From Sphaerodactylus townsendi (Eukaryota): a stretch of DNA of 64,000 bases. Made by a program: the position numbers and the translations under genes. Positions 42,870 through 55,110 of this stretch are shown piece by piece. The notes under the pieces were generated by a model. That model made no database searches and was not told where the DNA came from. It worked only from the letters and a program-made list of their open reading frames with translations. The stretch covers positions 119,660,001 through 119,724,000 of the forward strand of contig NC_059425.1 of assembly GCF_021028975.2 (NCBI RefSeq). The letters are read 5' to 3'. Position 1 is the stretch's first letter. Every line of letters begins with the position of its first letter.

Positions 42870-43990
42870 TTAAATCCAAATATGTGTTCAACCAACGTGG
42901 TTCAAGACTGTCCAAATGAAAAATAAAGATTCAAGTTGTAATAGTTTTCACTGTGGATTTGCAATTAAAGCTTTATTATCCACTTTGCCCAAAATCAGAA
43001 ATCCAAGATCTTCTGGAGCATGCTCCTTCTCCAAGAAGTGAGCAGTTAAAGGGGCATCCATTATTTAGAACCTTGGTTGGCCGTATCATTTGTCTAATGT
43101 ACAGTTTTTGGCATGGACATGTAATGAGACATATAGTGTGGGTGGAGTTACAACTGGTAAATTGCCTGAGATCTCTTTTATAATTTTTGGAAGGATGAAC
43201 AAATTGTTTGGTTTTTATAGCATACTTGCATGCCAGGCAGTTGTCACACTTATAATGTCCCTGCACATTGGATCTCAATGTTTCTGGTACCCTGAAATCA
43301 GATATGATTAATATGTCATCCAGTTCCATGTCCTCCTGAGTCCAAATAAAGGTTGTTGTTGACAACCAGGTATTTCTGACACAGTTGGCCAGTTTTTACA
43401 TATAATGCATTGGATCTTAAGGCTCAGAGAAGAACTGATCAAACTGCAAAAAAACTGTCTACAGAACATTTCTGTTTTGGTTTAAACAATGACTCCCTTG
43501 GAATGCTATCAGCCTTGCTCCTAATATTTCTTATAACCTGCCATGGACACTCCTTATTGAATAGATGGACCTTGAACACACATGCCACTTTCTTTTAATT
43601 TCTAGGGCACAAACAGTTTCTTTTTGCTCTTAAGAATAAGCTGCAGCCTGTAGAAAAAACTATATTTTAAAGGTAGGGATGAAAAGACTGAAAATGAAAA
43701 TATGCATTTTTGTCTATTGATTTTCTAAGTAGAGTAACATACAGTTCTCTGGCAGGACGAACTTTTATGAGCATGTCTAAAAAAGGAATCCAATTAACAT
43801 CACTTGCAAAAGAAAATTTAGGCAAGGAGCAGAAACATCACAGAGATTATAAAGGGGTTATAAAGTGCAAAAACATATATATTGTTTTTGTGTTTTTTGA
43901 CACAGCTTTCTTGAACCTTGGTCGAACTGATCCTAACACCACAATGTAAGTCAACACTTTCTAGAACATCCATTTTTAAAAAGCTCTACA
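42870..43990 (-). mobile_element. Penelope-like element remnant (GIY-YIG endonuclease; Neptune-like)
   Basis: GHYKCDNCLACKY...FTSCNSTHTICLITCPCQKLYIRQ: a CxxCxxC linker plus a degenerate GIY-YIG motif. Confidence 0.75.
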
Positions 43991-46309
43991 GGAGAAGCAA
44001 ACCCATCTTTCTCTGTGTAGTGTCAGTGATACATGATAGCCTGAGAAAACCACAATGAATCCATATCCCCCCCCCCCCCCGTGTACTTTAAAAAATATAT
44101 AACGTTTGATATAACATTGTTTGTCTCTGGATAAGCTTGAGCAAGAAAAAATAATTTCTACAAAATATTAATCTTTGCCTGGCTTGAACACATATTAAAT
44201 TAGGCAACTGCAAAAAGCAACAGTGGAAATCTTGTCCAGCAGCTGGAATCTAAGGATCACTCAGTTTGAGAGGTTGTCAATAATCTCAAGTCACTCCCAG
44301 GTGGCAGCATAGGGACCTTTTCTCCTGGGACACTCCTACACATACCACAAGACACTAGAGTTAGTGCCAAACATGAAGCACCTGCTGTGGTTGGGCTAGA
44401 AGCCAAGGGTCTGTTGTCTCATGGGGGGGGGGGATTAACATTCAGGCCAAAACCCAACTCACATTCAACAATTACCCTTCCAGATGGATTCATTGTAAAT
44501 GTATAGCATTGGTTTCCTGGTTAACCATGTAGCTTGACAAATAAATTGCAGCCTAATGGAGAAAGACAAAATGACTGTCCTGAACTTTTTACCTATGATC
44601 TAGCTAGCTGTTGCATGCCATACATGCAAAAACAGTTCCAGGGCTTTGCTCAAAGGTGTTTCCTGCTGAAGAAGTCTGCTGGATGCAGAGTGATCATGTG
44701 CCATTTTTCAACAAGCAACTTTTGCTGCATCAGGGAAAATTTACTCAACCATCTGAAAAGAATTACAGAAAAAAAATTATAATACATGCACCCAAGAGTG
44801 ACTGTTGCTTTGTTAGCAAGCCTTAGATTATATAAATAAGCAGTCACATAAATCTTTGTGGAATGTTACACAGTGATTTCATCTGGGCTGGAGTTGATTC
44901 TTGACTTTCCCTAGTCACAGTTCCTGTACAGTTATTCCCAGTAAAAATTGTTTTGCTAATTCGCTTGTACAGATTTTTTTATGCTGATCTAAAGTTAAGT
45001 ATTGAAACAATTGTATGTTATGAATGGCAACCTCTGTTGGCACAGCACTGTCTTCCCTCTATTCCACTGTCTCCATCTGGCAGAAGAGCTTCTTGGACAT
45101 TGGGAAAAAAGTGTCCCCCTGATGCCAGAGCTGTTATGGGGAACATATAAAGCAGGGTTAGGATAAGGGGGGGAGGGTATTCTGGTGTTTTATTCAACAA
45201 TTGTATTTAAGGGGGTATCACTATTTATATTCTTGGGCTTTCAGGCTATTTTCAGCCACTTATGCACTTGTCTCCTTCGCACTGTTAATACATTCCCTTT
45301 AGGTTTGATTCTCGGTTACGTATTCATTTCCCCCTCTTCAGCAGTCACCCCACTTTCAGATTAGGGAAACCCCATGGTTTCCAAAAGCTCTGAAAGTGAG
45401 GTTTTCCCATTCCCTTTACCAGGAAAGTGAAGATCAGCATGTGTTTAACTGTCTTCATGTTTTTTACTCCTCTCCATCTTTTTCCTCCGACTCCACAGTA
45501 GTTGTTCCCACTCATTGGGATACTATTTTAGAAGGATCAGAAGGGCATTCTTTTTACATTATTGTCAGGTTGAAGGTGTATTGCTGGAGTGATGAAGCCA
45601 GTGAAATTGACAAGAAATTAACATGGTCTAGCTACTAATACTAGATCATAGTTGGCAGAAAAACAAAGAGGCAGCAGGCAACCTTCCCGATTGAATATTG
45701 CACAAAACCATGAGGAAGTGGCAGGCAAGAAAAATGGTGGATGGGCAGAGCTAGGGATACCACACAGTTTGAAAATCCCTGTGTAAAAAAAGTGGGAAAT
45801 CCCCACTGTGAAGCAAACAGCTGTCAGATAAGTAGTGTGTGTATACACGACCTTCATTATATTGAACAAAATTTGAAAGCTGCATTTATTTATGTTCTGG
45901 ACAGTTTTATTTTGTTACTTGTCTTGGGTCCCAAATTTCTAAAATGCAAACTCAAATGTTTTAAGTAAATATGTGTTAATAAAGAAGTATTCCGTGTGTC
46001 CAAGATGGTAATGTTGTCATTAATTTCAATAGAATTGGATTATACCCAGGGTCTTAAAAGAATACCCAAAGAGTTCTAACTTTCATGGATAGTGATCAAA
46101 ATAGTGGTTTAATTTATTTACCCTACATTTTCCCCTGCTTAAAAGTTATCATACTTGGAATCAAATCCTATTTTGTGGACTACTTCTTTGCAGCAATTTT
46201 CCTTGCATCAGTTCCTTCCCTTATCTGCCTCCCAGGTCTCTGATAACTAGAGTCTAAAGTAAACAACAAGATTTGTAACCAGAGGAAGTGTACTCACTGA
46301 CTTATATAA

Positions 46310-46680
46310 ATACAAAGCCTTTATTGGCATCGTACAATGAAACATTTTACAACCAGAAACATTTTACAAGCAGAATAACATAAATACAGCTTAAATAACC
46401 ATCATTTAATATAAAAATCTCCCTTAACAGAAGTACCAACTATATCTAACAGAAACTTGGCAACTAATTCAGAAAAATCCTGATTTGAACCATCCAGGAA
46501 ATGCTTTATCCTTTGATCATCTGTCATATCCACATTAAAAGATGTAAATAATACTCAATGCTTACACCTTAAGTATTCCTTATTTGGGCAGTGAAACATG
46601 ATATGTTCCAACGTTTCTACTTGAATATTATTGCAAGGATATAATCTTTTGGTCTTTCGTATTTTTTTGAAAGTGACCCT
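46310..46680 (-). mobile_element. Non-LTR retrotransposon 3' end with C-terminal Cys/His motif
   Basis: Minus strand RLYPCNNIQVETLEHIMFHCP followed by atgccaataaagg. Confidence 0.6.
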
Positions 46681-47173
46681 CAAGTACTTTCTTTAGCAAT
46701 TGAAGATAAAGAAATCCTAAATTTTGTCTGCTAAGGAATGTTGCTATTGTGAGAAACCTCCCAATTCAAGTGGCTCAGCCCCACTTCCTGCTCACAATGA
46801 GAACAAATGGATGATGTGAAGTCATGGATGCAACATCACTTCCCATTGGGGCATAAACTACAAGGGGGGGGGATTTCCCAGGTGGGCCATGCCTGCCCAG
46901 GTTACCATGTAGTTGCTGAGGCTGTCAGATTCTCAACTTCAGTCAGTCTTGTTGACAAGTTCCTAGGAGGTTTTTTCAAATTGTTTTTTTTATAAATATA
47001 AAAGGGAGAGGGGGCCTTCAGCAGACAATACTGTATGTGAAGAAACAATAGCAAGAGAGAAAGAGCAGGGAAGGAGGAAGGGTGAAATCAATTCTTTTGC
47101 CAACAGGGAGCCCTCAGTAATTGGACTGAAGATTGTATTTCCTGAAGCCCACATCACAAACTCCAATGGAAGT

Positions 47174-47380
47174 ACAGCTAGATTTGAGTATAGTAGCACT
47201 TTAGAGACCAACAAGATTTTTGGAGTATAAGCTTTTGAGAGTCAAACCTTTATTGGTATCTGATGACAGGAGCATTGACTCTCAAAATCTTATACCCCTA
47301 AAATCTTGTTGGTCTCTTTGGTCCTACTGGACTTAAATCTAGCTGTTCTACTGCAGATCAACACAGCTATCCACTTAAAC
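47174..47380 (+). mobile_element. Palindromic Penelope-type terminal repeat with degenerate hammerhead motif
   Basis: Inverted arms at 47174-47245 and 47275-47346; CTGATGA (47260-47266), a short stem, then (G>A)AAA. Confidence 0.65.
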
Positions 47381-48519
47381 TATCAGATATGTGTAACAGA
47401 TTATGAGAATTATGGTTTGCCTTCACAGATTGCATTACTATTGTGCCCTGGTGACCTTGCTTTAGAAAAAGGAATGGTCCCATCTCCATTTTATTTTTTG
47501 CTATGGTGTAGGGGAGTGTTACCAAAAGCCCTCTTTCTACCTCGATGTGTGCTGTATGCCCTGATTCTATCCTGGCTAAATTTGCCTTGGCAGCCATGTT
47601 TGGATCTAGCAATGCTTTCCTTTGGGGAAGGGGAGGTCAAGGCTCTCCACAGGCTGTGCTAATAGGTAGTCAAAACTTTGTACAGGAGACAGATCCACTG
47701 ATGGGACATTGGCATGGCTACCAATTGCAAAAGCGGCTTGAAAAGCCATCAAGGAAATTTCATCAGCAAATGAAAGTCTTCCTGAGTATAAAATCTCATT
47801 ACTATCAAGTAAACAGGTGCTTTTGCTGACCTGTCCTGAATGTCTCCTGACTTACCATCTTACTCCACGCATGTGGGAAGCATCTACCCTGCCCGCCCCT
47901 TTACCCACCCTGCTGGATGCAATCTCCTTTAGTTACCTTTCTAGGAAACTCCTCCCCAAACTCAGTAAAAACCAGGAAATCCATTCTGGATTCACCCCGA
48001 ATGTCTGGTCCTCACATTTTAAAAGTATTTTCATTCTGGCTCCTATAATGATAAGTGCTCTGCCAGCCAAAACTGTAGTCTCATCCTGTCTACTTGTACA
48101 GAAGCTGCCACCTGTGATTTTCTTTCTCTGGGATTTTGCAACATTCTCCTTGCCACACAGAAGTACCTCTCCACTGCCTTACCTAGTTTTTTTTTTCCCT
48201 TGGGATTTTCGGAGGTTCTGTCTAAAGCTCCTACTCACAACGAATGGATTATTGAAACAGACAACATACTGGCAGTTAAGGTGATTTCAGTAGCCTGGGA
48301 CCTGCAGCTTTAGAGAAACAGAAATGGAGGGAATAAAAATAGTTCTTTCTTTAAAGCTGGTTCCCCAGCTATGGAAAGTGAGGTGATTCTGGTGTCCTGG
48401 ACCCTACTTTAATCCAACCAATACTCCCATATTTTCAGATCAAGGTCTCTGAAAATCCAATATTTACTGTGGGTTTTGAGATACATTTGGAGATTCATAC
48501 TGGAGATCCGGTATGTGAC

Positions 48520-49250
48520 TGGTCTAGTTGTTAGAGTGTTGGTTTATGACTGGGGAGACTAGAGCTCAAATCCCCAGTTATACATGAAGCATACTATGTG
48601 ACCTTGGGTCAGCCACTAGAGGCTGTACATGCAGTACTGTGTGTGTGTGTGCGTTTGGATTCAGGTTTAAAAGACCTAGACATTTTCATAAAAGGCCCCC
48701 ACCCAAAGCTGAAACCCCTTACTGGTATGAGGGTTTCCCCTGCTTTTTCCAATTTTTTTGAAAAATTTCAAATCTTTTAAACCTGACCCTGAAAAATTCT
48801 GAGCCACAGAGGTGAATGCTGGGCTTAGCTCAGCTCAGCTGAACCCAGCATTCAGTTCTGCACTTTACCTACCTCCAAAGTCCAAGCTATCATCAGAGAA
48901 GGCAGTCAAGCTCAGTATTCAGCTCTCTGCCCCTTGCTGTCTCTATGTGGAATTCAGAGACAGTATTCAGCAAGTAAGTGAGGAGGAAGGGAGAGGGGTC
49001 TCCCCATTTTTTTAAATGGTGGCCAGGCTGAAGGGGTCCAAAAAATGCTGGAAAATTCAACATTTTTGGGAATCTGCTTTTTGGTTTCCTTAAATTACTA
49101 CCAATTTGGAGAGAGGAAATAAATCCCCAAAAGCCAAAATGGCTTTTTTTCTAGGTTTATTTTTCATTCAATTTTATCTGGATGCACAGATCTATCAGTC
49201 ACACACTCGACCTGAGTTGTGAGGGTAAGCAAGAGAGGGAGAAAGTATTT
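48520..49250 (+). mobile_element. Old SINE split by a ~580-bp DNA element (48617-49194)
   Basis: SINE head to gtgaccttgggtcagccac, resuming after 49194 (gttgtgaggg); insert has imperfect inverted ends taga..ctgtacat / atgcacagatcta and an internal hairpin. Confidence 0.45.
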
Positions 49251-49732
49251 CCTTTCACACATGAATGAAATATTTATTCAAATTATGTCAGAAAAAGAGT
49301 TCATGACATCTGTTGTCTCCTATGACAAAGTGACTGAGATTCAGATTGCTACAAGTGCAAAAATATATATTTTAAAACCACATGATTCATTGTTGATGGC
49401 ATGTCATTTTTGAAAGTAACTTCATGTTGAAATAACTTAATATTTATAACTAGCTATAAGGCTACACTAGATTCAGCCCTGTGCCCCCTGCCCCAGGAAA
49501 CTGAGAAGTCTATTCCCATGCTTCTAGTTGCCACGTACACGAAGCTCTAGGGATGACCCTAATCTCTAATAATCTTTAACAGAGACTGGAGAAATTCCTA
49601 CTACAGCATATGATCCCATGATTGCCAGACATAGGCCTGGAACCCCATCCTTAATATATGCTGTATAGGGCTTTAAAGGTCAAGACCAGCACTTGTGTTG
49701 CCCCTGGAAGCACAGTTGAAGCTAGTGTAGAT

Positions 49733-50102
49733 CAATGGTGGGATCCAAAAATTTTAGTAACAGGTTCCCATGATGGTGGGATTCAAACTGTGGCGTGACG
49801 CCAATGGGGCTGGGCGAAGCACGATGGGGGCGTGGCTGGGCATTCCGGGGGTGGGGCATTCCTGGGCGGGGCTGTGGCAAGGACGCAGCCACTGCGCCAG
49901 TCCTTGGGCGGGAAACGAATGCATGCCAGTGCACCTCCTGCTAGACTGCTTCAAGTTCTGCACGCTACTGCTGAGAGGAGAGGCGTAACTAAGGCAAAAA
50001 TCACATGGCAAAATCACCAATTAGTAACCCCCTCTCGGCACACACAAATAATTAGTAACCTACTCTCAGGAACCTGTGAGATCCTGCTGGATCCCACCTC
50101 TG
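49733..50102. mobile_element. Non-autonomous hAT element
   Basis: TIR caatggtgggatcca / tggatcccacctctg; 8-bp TSD gtgtagat/gcgtagat. Confidence 0.85.
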
Positions 50103-51771
50103 GCGTAGATGGAACAAGACCAGAATATTTAGAAGACAATGTACATTACTTCGCAAATATTAATTGTGACTAAGCCCCATTGGAATCAAAGTGTTCATTA
50201 ACAATACAAGGGCTTTTGCACTAGTTCATGTGTGCAGTCACTAGTTCAGGTGTGCAGTCACCCTGATGGTTCTATACCAGCTGACTGTTATTTGATGTTA
50301 GGCAGGTAAATTAATTCAATTTGAAACCACTGCATATGAAGCAGCATGAGGTGGTTTTGTCTGTGGTGTGTGATGGTCATTCACCCATGAAGTCATCACT
50401 TGATATTGCAGCTGTCTGATGATCAATATGAATGCAGGCGACCCAGCCAAAAGTGACAATAACTTTCATTGGATTTTGTTCAGGAAGAGCATGAAGGATG
50501 GAGAAAGTATGATCGGCACGTCCTATACTTTTTTTTCCTCCACTGACTAATTTGAAACGCTTCTTTTATATGCAAGATTAATCATATTTCCTCTGTGGCC
50601 ATGTGTTTCCCAGATGGGAAATAGGGACTTCACAGCAGTACATTACAAAGACCTCAGTGTGGCACTAAAGAGCTTTCTACAAAACAAATTTCTTTCCATT
50701 TTTAGCTTTAACACAACCATCAAGTCTGTTTAATAAGATCACTCTTGGGCCACCTCTCAGCCATAGGCTCTAATTAAAATGTATCTGTCTTTAATGCATT
50801 GACTTCTGCCATTCTTTACGACAGGGCTGCACTGGGGTGTGTTTGGTTTCTGTCTAACAAATCTGTTTGAATTGCATGTAAAATCTGTGATGCTAGCATC
50901 ACTAGATTATTAGTAAACCAGTTGGCCCTAATCTAAATGTGAAAACAAAATTAGGCTGCCTACAAACAAGGGATCTTTACAAACAAGGAATCCTCAGGTA
51001 CTCAGAAAAATATGATTTTCTATCTTAGAAACAAGAAGCCTCCCCCCCCCCCTTCATATATACATGTGGCTTTAATATGGTACACTAGTCTAAAATGCTG
51101 AGAGTCATTTAAGGGGGTGGGGAAGGGGACAAGAGAGTGGCAATTAACCCACCAAAACCTTTGAGGGCTTACGGAATCTTAAAGGAATGACGTCATAGGA
51201 TTGGGGGTATTTCCAAATCATTGCATCCAAATTGTTGCACATGGTTGCTCACAGCTTGTTTTGATCTGATTTTTATCTTCTATGGAGAAATATCAGTGGA
51301 GGAATATGTATACCAGCCATCACTTAGAAATGCAAGTTTTGTGAAAAAGTTTAAGGACAGACCTGTGGAGAACTGCGCTTTCTTGAAAAATGCATCTGGC
51401 TGTTACATTCTCAACACAATGTTTTTAAATAGTAGTGCCTTGAGAACACTAAGGTATTAATTGTCCTTGGATATAGGTTGCAGATGTTCTTTGAATTTAT
51501 ACCAGGGTGTCAGATGAGCCAAAAGCAGCTCTTGGGCAATTGAAGAAATTCTATTTTAAAAAGTGGGGAGGTGAGATTCCCAACTATTCCCAAACCATGT
51601 GATGAAAGATAAGGAAATCAGAAGTGTTAGAAAGAAGGGAAAGCATAGACAGAGATGGAGCAAAAGACTGTAAAGAGTACATGTGGAGAAAAAGCATACC
51701 ATTTATATTAAAATTAATCACTATTTTAAATAACTTACAAATGTTCAACTACTTGTATTTATGTTCGCAGA

Positions 51772-52062
51772 AGAGCCCCATGACACAGAGCAGTAACCTA
51801 GTAAGCTGCAGTACTGCAGACAAAGTCCTGTTCATGATCTGAATTCAATCCTGACAGAAGTCTAATTCAGGTATCCAGCTCAAGGTTTACTCAGCCCTCC
51901 ATCCTTCCGAGGTCAATAAAATGAGTACCCAGTTTGCTGGGGGTAAAGTATACATGAGTGGGGAAGGCCATTGCAAATGACCTTATGTTAAACATTGTGA
52001 TGTGACATCATTCCATGGTAATGACCCAGTGCTTGCATGGCAGACCACCTTTGCTTTACCTA
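51772..52062 (+). mobile_element. Sauria SINE (Squam1)
   Basis: Core actcagccctccatccttccgaggtcaataaaatgagtacccag and an (ACCTTT)n-like tail. Confidence 0.85.
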
Positions 52063-52084
52063 TGCCAACCCCATTCACTTAAAT

Positions 52085-52282
52085 CAGTGGTTCTCAACCT
52101 TCCTAATGTCGCGGCCCTTTAATACAGTTCCTCATGTTGTGGTGACCCCCAACCATAAAATTATTTGTGTCTCGGTTCCTAAGACCATCGGAAATATGTG
52201 TTTTCCGATGGTCTTAGGTGACCCCTGTGAAAGGGTTGTTCGACCCCCCAAGGGGTTGTGACCCACAGGTTGAGAACCACTG
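52085..52282 (-). mobile_element. SPIN (Space Invader) non-autonomous hAT MITE
   Basis: TIR cagtggttctcaacct at both ends; internal cctaagaccatcggaaa...tttccgatggtcttagg palindrome and aatacagttcctcatgttgtggtgacccccaaccataaaattat; TSD only 5/8 (acttaaat/aatggaat). Confidence 0.85.
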
Positions 52283-52299
52283 AATGGAATATCTATCAC

Positions 52300-54420
52300 C
52301 ATAATATCATTTTAGTTACAGGCATGGGACATGATGAACATGGAATATGAGAAATAGAATCAAAGTACACTCAAAATCATAAAATGAGAAATGAAACATT
52401 TAAATACGGTGAGCCCAGGACTGAGTGAATTAAAATGGATTGGATTAGGATATTTTAGTCAGAAAGTTATAACATGTTTTTCTCTGGAAATGTCAAGCAC
52501 AGGAGAAATGCTCTAATAGTGCAGTGAGATAAAGCACGAACTATCAGGAGCTACAACACATAGTCTGACCAAACAATTTCAATCAGACTTCTTGGAAAGT
52601 CTATTAATATTATCAACATTCAAATTTAAGTCCAAACTACATTTGCTGAAGAGGAAGAAATTGAAAGCCTTTTTGAGAGTCCAGGAAGAAACATGTCATA
52701 CACCCAAGCAGGATATGCTGATAATCACATGTGACTGGAATGCACAAGTAGAAAACCAAGTACAATAAAATATGATCAGAAATTTTGGTTTAGAACATGA
52801 AATGAATCAGGAGTACAATTCATAGAATTCTGTGAAGTCAATAATTTGTTCATTGTGAACATGTCTTTCAAGCAACCAGACAACTGTATGTGTGGACATC
52901 ACCAGATGGTCTATACTAAAATCAATTAGATTACATAATTGGAATTGGAGAAGCTCTATTTTCTCTGCTAAAACAAGCCCAGGAGCTGATTGTAGTATGG
53001 ACTGTAAATTGTTAATATTGAAAATTAGAATAAAACTGAACAGAAACACTAAAACATTCATAATGCCAAAATTCAATCTAAGCAACATTCCTGAAGGGTT
53101 TAAAGACCATCTTGAACATGAATTGGAAAAACCACGGCTTTAAACCAGAGATATTATCAAGGAGGAATATCTAAAGATTGTTCCTGTAGCCAAAAGAAAA
53201 TGAAAAACCTCAATGAATGATAGATAAAACTTAAAATTTCTACTGAAAGGCAAAAAGCAAAAGTAAAAGGATACAGAAATAGAATCAGACATCTAAGTGC
53301 ACTGGCATGTAGAGACAATTACTATAGACAATAACTATTATAATAACCAGTGAAGAAATAGAAGAAACCAGTGCAAAGTAATAGAGGATAACCAAAAAAG
53401 AACAAGAGATCTGTTTCACAAGAAATCAAAAGAAACTTTAAAACCCAGTCAGGAACACTGAAAGCTCAACAAAGAAATACATTAACTGAACAAGATAAAG
53501 TAAAGAAAAGATGGAAACAATACACTGAAGAACTATGCAGAAGGAATGAAAGGAATAAATCTTTTGGAATCTTTCTTTCCAAAAATAATCTGTTGAAGGA
53601 GAACCTGCAATTATACAAAGTGAAGTGAAGGCTGCACTAGTGTCATTGGGAGAAACAAATCACCAGGAATAGATGGGATATCAATAGAGCTATTTCAAGT
53701 CACAGAAACAGAGTTCATCAAAATTTTAAAAAGAATATGCCAACAAATATGGAAAATAAAATAATGGTCCACCAACTGGAAACTCTCGATCTACATTCAA
53801 CTTTCAAAAAAGATGTCAAAGGGCCTTTCCCCACTCCCATCGTTCCCCTCTATGCCGGGCGCTGCTCTCAGCGCGCAGCATCCCAGGCGCGCGCCCGGCC
53901 GTCCCCACAACCCCGCGCTCTGCGCGGGGCCATCAAAAGGCGCCGTTAAGAAGAGCGCCTGGGATGCTGCGTTCTGAGGGACGCGACAGCAGCAGCTTGA
54001 AGCGGCTGCGCTGTCGCCGCCACTCTCAGTGGAGAGTGCCGAGGGACCCCGTGCTACTCTCCTCGAGTAGCACAGGGCTTAAGGTAAGTGGGGTAAGGTA
54101 AGCCCAAAGACTGCTGCAACTAAGGATCATCACATTAATTTCTCATGTGATTAAAGTGATGCTTGTAATCTTACAACAGAGAGAGAAATGCCAGCTGTTT
54201 AAGATTGTTTCAGAATAGGAAGGGGCCCTAGGAGTCATATTACAAATTTACATTGGTTACTGGATCATATGAGAAAATGTCAAAAGAAAATTATTTTGTA
54301 TTGCATAAATTACAGCAAAGCTTTTGATTATACAGCTCTTTAAAAGCTATTGTTGGTTTTAAAAGAAATTGATTTGTCACGACCTCTGATTGTTTTGATG
54401 TGCAACCTATAATCTGAACA
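52300..54420 (+). mobile_element. RTE-BovB-like LINE remnant (endonuclease to RT start)
   Basis: Degenerate WTSPDG...NQLDYII, SAKTSPGADC, KRWKQYTEEL, NKSPGIDGISIELFQ and RICQQIWK. Confidence 0.85.
53821..54105. mobile_element. CpG-rich PIF/Harbinger-like MITE nested in BovB
   Basis: Ends gggcctttccccact / agtggggtaaggtaagccc; 3-bp flanks aaa/aaa; LINE sequence gatgtcaaa|gactgc rejoins across it. Confidence 0.7.
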
Positions 54421-54939
54421 AAAAAGAAAAGAACCAAAAAGAATAAATATCTCTACAAGAAAACACAAGGCCACAAAAAAAGGGGGGGAGTCCGTAGTTG
54501 TGTAAAAACAAATTGTTATTAAACTCAATAAATGTAACCATATTAACAATTAACAAAAGTGAGCTACTTGCAAAAGACTCAGTATTATACCGACAAAATA
54601 AATCACCACTGTTACAGAAAATCGTTGATGGGGAAAAATGTGAGTGGGTTTCTGAAGAGGTCCAACAAACTGACAGAGAGATAAAGGAGAACCTATGGAG
54701 GTGGGGTGTGTGTGATTGAGTTGTGGGACTGACATGGGGCTGCACCAACACATTTGTCTCCTCTGCCAGTGCAAGGAACACCCTTGCCGGTGGTGGGCCA
54801 AAAACTCCAGTGGCTGGCTGCTCATCAGTTGTGTGGCAGCAACACCCAAAGGTCAGGGCCACTGTGGAGTTGCACTAGTGTCCAATTGAAAGCCAGCACA
54901 GGAAGTGGGGAGGTGGACTTTAGTTGGCTTCCACTGCAG

Positions 54940-55110
54940 ATTTGCAGGCAGTTATGCCAAAACTTTTTTGGGTGGCATAAGTCCATTTAGCCCTATGGAG
55001 GGCTTTCCAGCAGTGTGGATATGCAGAAAAATAATTAAAAAGCAAGAAAGCCCTCTGGAGGCAACAATGCCAGCACCATTCCTAGCTGCCTGGGGCAGTG
55101 GATTGGGCTG
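54940..55110. mobile_element. Short interspersed repeat; second copy at ~56425-56640
   Basis: Shared gggtggcataagt..att.ag.cctatggagggcttt...aagccctctg.aggca.ca...gcaccattcc.agctg. Confidence 0.6.

Noticed and set aside
47817-48284. 155-aa ORF, the longest outside recognised repeats
   Set aside because: Non-ATG start, low-information Leu/Ser/Pro composition and no motif.
49790-49920. GC-rich promoter (CCAAT and GC boxes)
   Set aside because: Lies inside a TIR/TSD-bounded hAT element, with no associated gene.
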